Below, one piece after another: positions 21,529 through 30,377 of a DNA stretch of 64,000 nt; the stretch's first letter is position 1, and every line of letters begins with the position of its first letter. Source of the stretch: Candidatus Heimdallarchaeota archaeon (GTDB lineage Archaea > Asgardarchaeota > Heimdallarchaeia > Heimdallarchaeales > Heimdallarchaeaceae); NCBI GenBank assembly GCA_016839945.1, contig JAEOTE010000108.1:25966-89965 (forward strand), in the 5' to 3' direction. Both the position numbers and the translations under genes were made by a program. A model generated the notes under the pieces. The model did no database searches. It was given only the letters and a program-made list of their open reading frames with translations, and had not been told where the DNA came from.

Positions 21529-22524
21529 TTGATAATATCAACAATAGGTAGTCATTCAGCTTTGCAAATCCTTTTTGGAGCAAAACAAGAGGGATTAAAC
21601 ACAAAGATTTACTGCTTGAAAGGTAGGCAGAAAATTTATGAAGATTATAAAGTTACAAAGCAAATTGTACTTCTTGATTCTTATGAAGAATTATTAGAAA
21701 TGCAACCTGAAGTAAATGAGATTTTCATCCCTCATGGAACTCTAATTGCCACGTTAAATGAGAAAGTTACAGAAGTCTCTCTTCCTATTTTTGGAAATAG
21801 AGATTCTATGCTCTGGGAGATGAACAGAGAGAAAAATCACCAACTCCTTGAAAAAGCGGGAATAAGAACACCAAAATCCTATAAAATTGACGAGATAGAT
21901 CGTCTTTGTATTGTAAAATTTCCAGGAGCAAAAGGAGGAGATGGATACTTTCTATGCTCTTCTCCTTCAGAATATGAGGAGAAACTATCAGTTCTAATAA
22001 ATCAAGGTAAGATTCAAAAAGAAGAAGTGTTAGGAGCTCAAATTCAGGAGTATATTGCAGGAGTTACAATGTATCCTCATTACTTTAATTCTATAATTTA
22101 CGATCGCGTTGAGATGTTAGGAATAGATAGAAGATATGAAACAAACGCAGATGCACTAGGAAGACTTTCTCAGGAGAAGTTAGACATTGGTCTTTCATAC
22201 AAAGTAGTAGGTAATCAACCATTGATAATTAGGGAATCATTACTTCCAAGGATTATTGAATATGGAGAAAATCTATTAACTGCATCAAAAGAACTCTTTT
22301 CTCCAGGATTGATAGGACCCTATTGTATAGAACTAGCCATAACTCCTGATGAAATTATAGCTTTTGAATTCACAAGTAGAATTGTAGCAGGTACTAGTTT
22401 GTATGTTAACGGTTCTCCTTATTCGAAGATTCTTTTCAATGAAGAGATGAGTATGGCTCGAAGGATTGCTAGAGAAATCAAAATGGCAATGGGGCAAAGA
22501 AGGTTAGATGAATTAATATCATGA
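21529..22524 (+). CDS. purP: Formate-dependent FAICAR synthase PurP, paralog 2
   Basis: GSHSALQI, IPHGT, GAKGG.GYF, DRRYE, RESLL, GPYC.E, RIVAGT. Confidence 0.9.
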   Translation: MIISTIGSHSALQILFGAKQEGLNTKIYCLKGRQKIYEDYKVTKQIVLLDSYEELLEMQPEVNEIFIPHGTLIATLNEKVTEVSLPIFGNRDSMLWEMNREKNHQLLEKAGIRTPKSYKIDEIDRLCIVKFPGAKGGDGYFLCSSPSEYEEKLSVLINQGKIQKEEVLGAQIQEYIAGVTMYPHYFNSIIYDRVEMLGIDRRYETNADALGRLSQEKLDIGLSYKVVGNQPLIIRESLLPRIIEYGENLLTASKELFSPGLIGPYCIELAITPDEIIAFEFTSRIVAGTSLYVNGSPYSKILFNEEMSMARRIAREIKMAMGQRRLDELIS

Positions 22525-22540
22525 GACAATAGGTGGAAGA

Positions 22541-24049
22541 ATGGATAAGATTGGAATTTTTGATTTTGGGGGTCAGTATTGCCATCTAATAGCTAGAAGG
22601 ATCAGAGATCTAGGAGTCTATTCAGACATTATTTATGAACCGAGTGAGGGATACAAAGGATTTATTCTTTCTGGAGGTCCTGGAGATGTTTATAGCGAAG
22701 AATCTCCAAAATTGCCTAATAACTTCTTTCAGGATGTCAATATTCCAGTTTTAGGTATATGTTACGGTCATCAAATGATTGCTCAAGCTTTTGGTGGAAA
22801 AGTAGAAAGAGGAAAAGAGAGGGAATATGGAAAGAAAATAGCAAAGATAAATACATCTTCAGAATTGTTCAAAAATCTTAAGGAAGAAGAACAGGTCTGG
22901 ATGTCACATTTTGACCAAGTAACTAAATTACCTGAAGACTTTGAAAACATTGGAGAAACTGACATCTGTTTAAACGCTGCATATCAAAACAAAAGCAAGA
23001 ACGTATTTGGAGTTCAATTCCATCCGGAGGTTATTCATACACCAAGTGGAGATAAAGTACTAGATAATTTTATCAAGATAACTGGAAGCAAAAGAGATTG
23101 GAAGCTTGAAGGATGGATTGAAGAAAAGATAACTCACTTAAAGGAGAATATAGGTGATAAGAGCATTATAATGGCTGTAAGCGGGGGTGTTGATAGCACA
23201 GTTGCAGCTGTTCTATTGTCTAAAGCAGGAGTTAATACTCATTTTATTTACGTTGATACAGGTTTAATGAGACTTAGTGAAACTGAAGAAGTGTCAAATA
23301 TCTTTCAAGATTTACAGATTAAAAATTTTCATGTAGTTTATTCAGAAGAAAGGTTTCTCTCTGCTCTGAAGGATGTAACAAATCCTGAAGAAAAGAGAGT
23401 TATAATTGGTAACTTGTTTATTAAAATATTTGAAGAAAAAGCGAAAGAATTAGGAAATTTCAGCTATTTAGGTCAGGGAACTATTTATCCAGATCGAATA
23501 GAGAGTGCTCAACCAAGTAAACTTGCGAATGTTATTAAAACACATCACAACGTTGGTGGATTACCAGAAAGAATGAATCTGGATTTAATAGAACCTCTTA
23601 ATGAATTATACAAAGATGAAGTAAGAAAAATTGGTAACATGTTGGGATTACCAAAAAGGTTCATTAAAAGACATCCATTCCCAGGACCCGCTTTAGCAAT
23701 AAGAATACTCGGTGAAGTAACCAAAGAAAGATTGGAGATATTAAGAAAAGCTGATGCTATTGTTACAGAAATCATTGAAAAAAACGATTTATATGATAAT
23801 CTGTGGCAAGTTTTTCCTGCACTTATACCTGTGAAATCAGTTGGTGTTATGGGGGATAAAAGAACATATGAATATATGTTAGCAATAAGAGCTGTTGAAT
23901 CAATTGATGCTATGACTGCAGATTGGAGTAAAATACCTTATAGTGTATTAGAAGATATTTCCAATCAAATTGTTAACAAAGTTTCTGGAGTTAATAGAGT
24001 TTTATACGATATCACTAGCAAACCACCAGGAACAATTGAATATGAATAA
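22541..24049 (+). CDS. guaA: GMP synthase (fused GATase and synthetase)
   Basis: DFGGQY, GICYGHQ, QFHPEV, SGGVDS, QGTIYPD, PFPGP, KPPGTIEYE. Confidence 0.98.
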   Translation: MDKIGIFDFGGQYCHLIARRIRDLGVYSDIIYEPSEGYKGFILSGGPGDVYSEESPKLPNNFFQDVNIPVLGICYGHQMIAQAFGGKVERGKEREYGKKIAKINTSSELFKNLKEEEQVWMSHFDQVTKLPEDFENIGETDICLNAAYQNKSKNVFGVQFHPEVIHTPSGDKVLDNFIKITGSKRDWKLEGWIEEKITHLKENIGDKSIIMAVSGGVDSTVAAVLLSKAGVNTHFIYVDTGLMRLSETEEVSNIFQDLQIKNFHVVYSEERFLSALKDVTNPEEKRVIIGNLFIKIFEEKAKELGNFSYLGQGTIYPDRIESAQPSKLANVIKTHHNVGGLPERMNLDLIEPLNELYKDEVRKIGNMLGLPKRFIKRHPFPGPALAIRILGEVTKERLEILRKADAIVTEIIEKNDLYDNLWQVFPALIPVKSVGVMGDKRTYEYMLAIRAVESIDAMTADWSKIPYSVLEDISNQIVNKVSGVNRVLYDITSKPPGTIEYE

Positions 24050-24082
24050 TAAAATTGAAGTAGAAAAATAGGAGTAAAACAA

Positions 24083-24682
24083 ATGAATGTGACTGTAAAA
24101 GGATTGACTGAACTACTAATAAAGAACAATATTCTCAAATTTGGGGAATTCACACTAAAATCTGGAAAAAAATCATGGTTTTATATTGATTTAAGATTAA
24201 TTCCCTCATTTCCTGAGACTTTTAGTTATGTCATAGGTTGCTATACTAAGCTACTAAAGGAAATAGATCATTTTGATGCTCTTGCAGGTGTAGCTGTGGG
24301 AGGAATCCCATTTTCGTCAGTTTTAGGATATGAATTCAAGGTTCCATCACTTATTGTAAGAACACAATCCAAAGAACATGGTTTGAAAAAATTAGTTGAA
24401 GGACATGTAAAACAAGATTCTAGGGTTGTTTTAGTAGACGATTTAGTAACAACTGGATCAAGTAAAATACCCGGAATAATTGCTTTAAGAGAATCTAATT
24501 TTAAAGTAGATGAGATAATTGTTCTGGTTGATAGAAGTCAAGGAGATTTAGGAGAACTAAATGAACTAGATATCAATCTTATTTCATTTTGTACGATAGA
24601 AGAAATATTCAAAGCTGCTTTAAAATTGAGCGAAAATTTAGTTTCAAAAGATACAAAAGAAATCATTTCATCTAATCTTTAA
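24083..24682 (+). CDS. pyrE: Orotate phosphoribosyltransferase
   Basis: FGEFTLKSG..S.FYIDLR, KEHG, VDDLVTTGSS. Confidence 0.95.
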   Translation: MNVTVKGLTELLIKNNILKFGEFTLKSGKKSWFYIDLRLIPSFPETFSYVIGCYTKLLKEIDHFDALAGVAVGGIPFSSVLGYEFKVPSLIVRTQSKEHGLKKLVEGHVKQDSRVVLVDDLVTTGSSKIPGIIALRESNFKVDEIIVLVDRSQGDLGELNELDINLISFCTIEEIFKAALKLSENLVSKDTKEIISSNL

Positions 24683-25502
24683 CAGTTTCTGTTCCATATT
24701 TTAGATTTGAAATCTCGTTTAATTGATTGTTTAATATATCTCGATATTTTTGAGCTTCGATTATTGGATTTTCTGAATAAATGATTGCTCTCCCAACATT
24801 CACTAGAGATTTTCTTTCAAAATGATAAAGAACTTTCTTAGCACTGCCACCCTGAGCCCCTACTCCAGGAATCAATGCAATTTTATTTTTTCCAAGTGTT
24901 GTATGAAGTTCTGATACTTCTTCAGAAGTAATATGTTCTGTTGCTCCAATAACATTTCCATCTGAATTAGCAGAATTACATAACTCAGCGATATAGAGAT
25001 AGAGTGGTTTGTCCTCAATTATTGCTTGCTTTTGATATTCAGCTTCAGGATTTGACATAAGAGTTAAGACAAAAATACCTAATTCCTTTTTATGAGCATA
25101 TTGAGTTGCTTCTTGTACATTTCCAGCAAATGGAGAAAATGTAAAAGCATCAAAGCTTTCTTCTTTAATCCAAAAAATAGCTGATATATTTGATGACCCA
25201 ATATCAGATAATTTATGATCTACAATTGAAAGCATATTATTTTGATGTATATGAATATTAATTGCTCTTATCTCGTCAATAGTTAAACCAATCAGATATT
25301 GTCTATTCATTTTAATTGCACTAGCATAAGGAGCAACATCAGAAACAATATTTCTCATAAAATCAAGTCTATCTTCTGTCTGGATTACATTTTTACTTCT
25401 CTGACTTGGAATTGCCGGATCAATCCCAACACAAAGAGTACTGTTTTTTGTTTTAGAGATGTCAAGATATTTCTTAACGAATATAGTATTTAGTTCAGAC
25501 AC
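24672..25502 (-). CDS. pyrF: OMP decarboxylase
   Basis: LCVGIDP, DHKLSDIG, MSNP, IPGVGAQGG, VGRAII. Confidence 0.93.
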   Translation of the reverse strand: MSELNTIFVKKYLDISKTKNSTLCVGIDPAIPSQRSKNVIQTEDRLDFMRNIVSDVAPYASAIKMNRQYLIGLTIDEIRAINIHIHQNNMLSIVDHKLSDIGSSNISAIFWIKEESFDAFTFSPFAGNVQEATQYAHKKELGIFVLTLMSNPEAEYQKQAIIEDKPLYLYIAELCNSANSDGNVIGATEHITSEEVSELHTTLGKNKIALIPGVGAQGGSAKKVLYHFERKSLVNVGRAIIYSENPIIEAQKYRDILNNQLNEISNLKYGTETVKD

Positions 25503-25568
25503 AAAATATGATTATTTGATCCTTATTTAACACTTCTTTTGGTACTATTCAGAGAGCTAAAAGAATTT

Positions 25569-26783
25569 TCACTGTATTAAAGCTAAATTACCATTTTTAA
25601 CAACATATAGTATGTCACCCATTAGTGAGTGATTGACATAAGGAGACCATTTGGACTTTGTTTTAATATTCTCACTCCTCAAGTCGTAAGGTTTAGTTTT
25701 ATCTATTACAATGAAGTTGGCAGTAGAGATGTCTGTTTCTTCTATATCAAATAATTTGTATGGGAAGATGTGTATAGCTTCTATTGCTCTCTCCCATTCT
25801 AAATCATCAATAGTAACCAGATTTATCAAAGAAGGCAACAATTCTTGTACTCCAGGCATCCCACTTAGATTTTTCTCTTCTTTTTCTTGAAGAGAATGAG
25901 GTGAATGATCAGAGCTAATCATATCAATAACTCCTGTAGCTAAAGCTTGAGTTAAATGAATTCTATCTGTGGTATTGCGTAAAGGAGGACTAACTCTCTT
26001 CATATATTCAGGTAAATCTGTATTCTGATCAAAATAGAGATATCTTGGACAGGTGTCAATTGTTAAATTATCTGTTTTTACCACTTCTAAGAGTTTTAAC
26101 GATAGAGAACTACTCAAATGAGTTATGTGAAATTTTAAATTACTAAATTCTTGAGCCCAGAGAGAGATTTTTTGAATTGCTTCAGCTTCTGCTTCAGGAG
26201 GTCTTTGTTTATGAAAGGTCTTTTCATCTTTGCATTGATTTAAAATCTCAGGATCTTCAGCGTGGAAGAAAATAGGTTTCGAACTTTCAATTTTTTCCAA
26301 TAAAGTAAGAGAGGAAAAAATACTATCTTCACTAACCATTAGTTTTCCAAAAGATTCAGCCATAAATATCTTATATGCATCACAGTGATTGTCAATTTGT
26401 TCTATTTCTTGTAAATTATTGTTTGTTATTGCAGCTGCAATTAGTATATCGACCCATTTCTGCTTTTTTGCAAAAGCTTTTTTCTGCAAAATCCTTTCAA
26501 CTGAATCAGTTATTGGTCTAGTATTTGGCATGTCTAGTACTTTAGTTATACCACCATAAATTGCAGCTAAAGAACCTGAAATCATGTTTTCTTTATATTC
26601 ATATCCAGGTTCTCTGAAATGAACATGAATATCCATTCCAGGTGGAATTCCTAAGAAAGATGAGCAATCAATTTTTTTCACATTTTTTTCAAGAAGATCT
26701 TCTGAATCTGAAACCTGAATGTCTCTTGTAACAAAATTCCTTTTCTCTATATCCCAAATCTTCAAATTGGTAAATAATACCAT
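25569..26783 (-). CDS. pyrC: Dihydroorotase
   Basis: DIHVHFREPG, DMPNT.P, HAED, SPPLR, SDHSPH; pyr cluster context. Confidence 0.93.
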   Translation of the reverse strand: MVLFTNLKIWDIEKRNFVTRDIQVSDSEDLLEKNVKKIDCSSFLGIPPGMDIHVHFREPGYEYKENMISGSLAAIYGGITKVLDMPNTRPITDSVERILQKKAFAKKQKWVDILIAAAITNNNLQEIEQIDNHCDAYKIFMAESFGKLMVSEDSIFSSLTLLEKIESSKPIFFHAEDPEILNQCKDEKTFHKQRPPEAEAEAIQKISLWAQEFSNLKFHITHLSSSLSLKLLEVVKTDNLTIDTCPRYLYFDQNTDLPEYMKRVSPPLRNTTDRIHLTQALATGVIDMISSDHSPHSLQEKEEKNLSGMPGVQELLPSLINLVTIDDLEWERAIEAIHIFPYKLFDIEETDISTANFIVIDKTKPYDLRSENIKTKSKWSPYVNHSLMGDILYVVKNGNLALIQ

Positions 26784-26784
26784 T

Positions 26785-27636
26785 TTAAATCCTCTGTTTT
26801 TCTCCAGTATCTAATCTTCGATAAACACCAAAGTCACTAATTTGTTCTAGTTGTTTTGTGTTAAACACAGGACCGTCAACACAAATACGCCATCCAGTAG
26901 GATCAACAGCACAATAAGAACAGATTCCGAATCCACAGCGCATATATCTGTCTGCTAAACTCATTTGCATATCAATAACGTTTTCATATTTCTTTCCTAT
27001 ATCAAAGATAACCTTCATCATTCTTTCTGGTCCTGCAACATATAATACTGAAGGTGTTTCAGATTCTTCTAGAAACTTCTCTAATGCTACTGTTGGAAAT
27101 CCTTTATACCCAAATGAGCCATCATCAGTGCATACATTGAATATTATTTGGTCTTTCTCATGTAAATTCTGCAACCAGTCTAAATACATTAACTTGCTTT
27201 TTGTCCTTGCCCCTTCAAAAATCTGAATGCTTAAGTTATCATCTCTTTCTATCAAATTCTTTGTTAGAAATTTCAAAGGAGTCATTCCAAATCCTCCCCC
27301 AATAAGTAAGTGATTGATATTTTTTGGAGTTTGAAATGATTTTCCGTAGAATCCTCGAATTCCAACAAAGTCTCCTATATTTTTTGCTAACATTGCTGTA
27401 GTTCCTGGGCCCATTTTTGCTATTCCTAATTCTAGTACATCATTCTCGTATCCTGCTACTCCAACAGGAAATTCATCAACTCCTGGAACCCAAAGCATAA
27501 CAAATTGACCAGGTTTCGCTGTTTTGTTTTTTACTGGTAGATCTATTAGAAAATTGTATGTATCATCACATTCCTCTTGTTTATCTATTATTTTCCCCAT
27601 TAATGGTTTAGAGTTTGCTAATGTTTGTTTCTTCAT
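26785..27636 (-). CDS. pyrK: Dihydroorotate dehydrogenase electron transfer subunit
   Basis: PGQFVMLW, GGG.G..P, TDDGS.G, MRCGFGICSYC...CVDGPVF. Confidence 0.95.
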   Translation of the reverse strand: MKKQTLANSKPLMGKIIDKQEECDDTYNFLIDLPVKNKTAKPGQFVMLWVPGVDEFPVGVAGYENDVLELGIAKMGPGTTAMLAKNIGDFVGIRGFYGKSFQTPKNINHLLIGGGFGMTPLKFLTKNLIERDDNLSIQIFEGARTKSKLMYLDWLQNLHEKDQIIFNVCTDDGSFGYKGFPTVALEKFLEESETPSVLYVAGPERMMKVIFDIGKKYENVIDMQMSLADRYMRCGFGICSYCAVDPTGWRICVDGPVFNTKQLEQISDFGVYRRLDTGEKQRI

Positions 27637-28553
27637 TAATGGGCACCTCCTGTTATTTCACTAATTGATTTGAACTCATTTTCCCTCATGTATTTCTTTA
27701 TTTTACTGATGAAGAATTTAATCATATTTTCAGGATAAGCAACTCCCAGAGCTGTTCCTATTTGCACAGCTGATGCACCAGCTAGAAGGTATTCTATTAC
27801 ATCCTCTCCACTCATAATCCCTCCAGCACCAATTAGTGGTATTCTATCTTCGAATCTTTCGTATAAATCATAGATATATCTTACACCTATTGGTTTAATA
27901 GCAGCACCTGATAATCCACCTTTCTTAAAACCAAGAATTGGTTGTTTTGTATGTATGTCAATGACCATTGCTTTTAGTGTGTTTATTGCTACTAGAGCAT
28001 CACAACCTCCATTTACTGCAGCTTCTGCAATTTCGATAACATCACTTACATTAGGAGTGAGTTTTACCCATAAAGGAACCTCTGTCTCTGATTTCAATCT
28101 TTTAACAATCTGAAAAACAGCTTCTGAATCTGTTCCAATTTGTATTCCACCTTTCTCAGTATTGGGACAACTTAGATTCAATTCAAAAGCTAAAACAGGA
28201 AAATCCTTTAAACCATTCAATATTTCAGAGAATTCGTTTTCATTTTCTCCAAATATTGAAACAATTGTAGGAACATGGTTTTTTACTAAAATCTCAACAT
28301 CTTCTCTAAAAACTTGATATCCTGGATTTGCTAATCCAACTGAATTTATTGCACTTCGAATTTCGTTTAATGCAAAAACACTTGGATTAGGATTACCTTT
28401 CCTGCTATTTAATCCTATACTCTTGGTAACAACAGCTCCCACTCCACCATTATAGATGCGTTGTAATGTAGAATATGAAGTTCCCATTACTCCCGATGCC
28501 AATATCAAAGGATTTCGAATATCTATCGAACCTATTTTGGTTATCAAGGACAT
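27636..28553 (-). CDS. pyrD: Dihydroorotate dehydrogenase type 1B catalytic subunit
   Basis: NPLILASG, NSVGLANPG, ELNLSCPN, VKLTPN, GGLSG.AIKP. Confidence 0.96.
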   Translation of the reverse strand: MSLITKIGSIDIRNPLILASGVMGTSYSTLQRIYNGGVGAVVTKSIGLNSRKGNPNPSVFALNEIRSAINSVGLANPGYQVFREDVEILVKNHVPTIVSIFGENENEFSEILNGLKDFPVLAFELNLSCPNTEKGGIQIGTDSEAVFQIVKRLKSETEVPLWVKLTPNVSDVIEIAEAAVNGGCDALVAINTLKAMVIDIHTKQPILGFKKGGLSGAAIKPIGVRYIYDLYERFEDRIPLIGAGGIMSGEDVIEYLLAGASAVQIGTALGVAYPENMIKFFISKIKKYMRENEFKSISEITGGAH

Positions 28554-28729
28554 GTTGAAAAAGTAAAAAAGAAGTAGAAAAACTTTGCTAATTCACAACT
28601 CATGAAAAATCTACTTTTCAGAGGATACAATCTAAAAATTATTGAAAAACTTAACATATAACAAATTTGATAAAGACTTAAAAAATCTCTGAATAGAATT
28701 ATATATATTCACGTCTAGGAGACCTCCAT

Positions 28730-29434
28730 TTGGCAAAGATAGCAGTAATTTCTGATATTCATTCAAACATTTTTGCATTAGAGGAGGTTTTGAAAGACAT
28801 CCAAAAACGAAAGAACATCGATGAGATTATTTGTTTAGGGGATGTAGTAGGATACTATCCATATCCAAATGAGTGTATAGAGCTAGTTCGTGAAAACTGT
28901 TCTTCATGCATGTTAGGAAACCATGATAGTGGAGTTCTTGGAGATGAACCATCATTTTATTTTAATCCAACAGCGTATGAAATGATTGTTTGGACTAAAA
29001 AAGAGATTAAGTCTGATAATTTTAAATGGCTTACCACACTTCCCAGAAAGAAGACTATTGAAAGAAAAGGAAAATCAATGTTTCTTGTACATGGTTCACC
29101 TTTCAACACTTTTGATTATTTTGATGCTTATTCCGATAAACAATGGAATTATATGCTGAAACAAGCATTTGAGAAAACTAAAACTGATTTATTGCTTGTA
29201 GGACATACACATGTCCCTATCAAAACTAAGTATGAAAAGAAGTTTTTCTTGAATCCAGGATCCGTAGGTCAACCTAGAAATGGTATTCCAGGAGCTTTTT
29301 ATTCAATTATTAATCTCAATCCATTATCTATTACCATGGTTCACTTAAAATATGATTTCTCACCTCTACAGAAAAAAATGGAAAAACTGAGTTTACCAAA
29401 ATCGCTTAGTGATAGACTTAATCATGGTTTATGA
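28730..29434 (+). CDS. Calcineurin-like metallophosphoesterase
   Basis: DIHSN, GDVVGY, GNHD, HGSP, GHTH, NPGSVGQPR. Confidence 0.92.
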   Translation: MAKIAVISDIHSNIFALEEVLKDIQKRKNIDEIICLGDVVGYYPYPNECIELVRENCSSCMLGNHDSGVLGDEPSFYFNPTAYEMIVWTKKEIKSDNFKWLTTLPRKKTIERKGKSMFLVHGSPFNTFDYFDAYSDKQWNYMLKQAFEKTKTDLLLVGHTHVPIKTKYEKKFFLNPGSVGQPRNGIPGAFYSIINLNPLSITMVHLKYDFSPLQKKMEKLSLPKSLSDRLNHGL

Positions 29435-29447
29435 TTAATCAAAAATT

Positions 29448-29831
29448 CTAGCTATAACCGTTATATGGGTCCTCTTTTTCATCTATTTCCTTTAGTTCTT
29501 CTTCTAATTTATCATTGTATAAATCATGTAGAATAACTAAAGCTACACCTTTGTGGATTCCAGCCTTGATTGAGAGTTTTTGATAGCTTATTCCTGGATT
29601 TTTAGGAATGATTTTTTCTCTTACATATCCTTTGAGGTTGTTGTAATTTGGAATAGATCTTATTCCATCTACCAAATCGCTTAATTTGCCGTTAAAGCCT
29701 TCAAAATTAACATCTGCTTTCTTCTGTTGTTTTATTTTTTCAAGCAGTTTATTATGTGATTCTTCCTCCTTTTTCCTTTCATCTTCAGCTTTTTTCTGAT
29801 TATCATCCAGATAGTGATATATAGTACTCAT
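29448..29831 (-). CDS. Small charged hypothetical protein with possible HTH-like C-terminal half
   Basis: ATG 29831 preceded by GGGGT; coiled N-terminus, then NPGISYQKLSIKAGIHKGVALVILHDL. Confidence 0.6.
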   Translation of the reverse strand: MSTIYHYLDDNQKKAEDERKKEEESHNKLLEKIKQQKKADVNFEGFNGKLSDLVDGIRSIPNYNNLKGYVREKIIPKNPGISYQKLSIKAGIHKGVALVILHDLYNDKLEEELKEIDEKEDPYNGYS

Positions 29832-29849
29832 GTCATACCCCACAATGCG

Positions 29850-29931
29850 AGAACGTGTGTTACTCAGTAGAAGGAGTCGAGTAAAAAAAGGTTTTGTAAT
29901 ATTAGTGAAAAGGTGAAACCTAAAACGTTCT
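29850..29931 (-). ncRNA. Candidate structured 5' leader (three-way junction)
   Basis: Outer stem AGAACGT/ACGTTCT (29850-56/29925-31) encloses TTACTC/GAGTAA (29860-65/29879-84) and AGGTTT/AAACCT (29889-94/29916-21). Confidence 0.35.
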
Positions 29932-30377
29932 TCTATAAGTGCAGATAAATGTCTGACTGACAAAGAAATATCCTCACAAAAGAAAATAATTATAGTGTTA
30001 ACGAAATAGAACTATTCCTCTTTCAAACAAACAGTTAGAGTTTTCACGATAGATTTGCTAGAAAAGATTTTCACCACTAAAAATAGATAAAAACAAGAAC
30101 TTATATGTGAAAAGATATCACTGACAATTTTCTTATTCATTAGAAAGCCTTAAACTGCTAAATAGTGATTTTTTGTCAGGTTTCTCTATGATGTATGCAT
30201 AATTAATTCACAATTAATTTAACTAGAGTTATGATAGAGACAACTAGAAAGAACTAGCTTTAACTTAATGAAGTAGAAATTATGCTTAATTAAAACAAAA
30301 TTAGTATGAATAAAGATGTGAAAGAACAATTTTTTAGTTATTAAAATTATTAAATGAAAGAATAGTTACATTTCTTT

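Noticed and set aside
28730-29434. Vps29 (retromer) homolog
   Set aside because: Retains the full GDVVGY/GNHD/HGSP/GQPR signature of ordinary prokaryotic metallophosphoesterases
29448-29831. Ribosomal protein eS25
   Set aside because: Only a vague HTH-like resemblance; lacks the basic N-terminal eS25 signature and is acidic at the C-terminus
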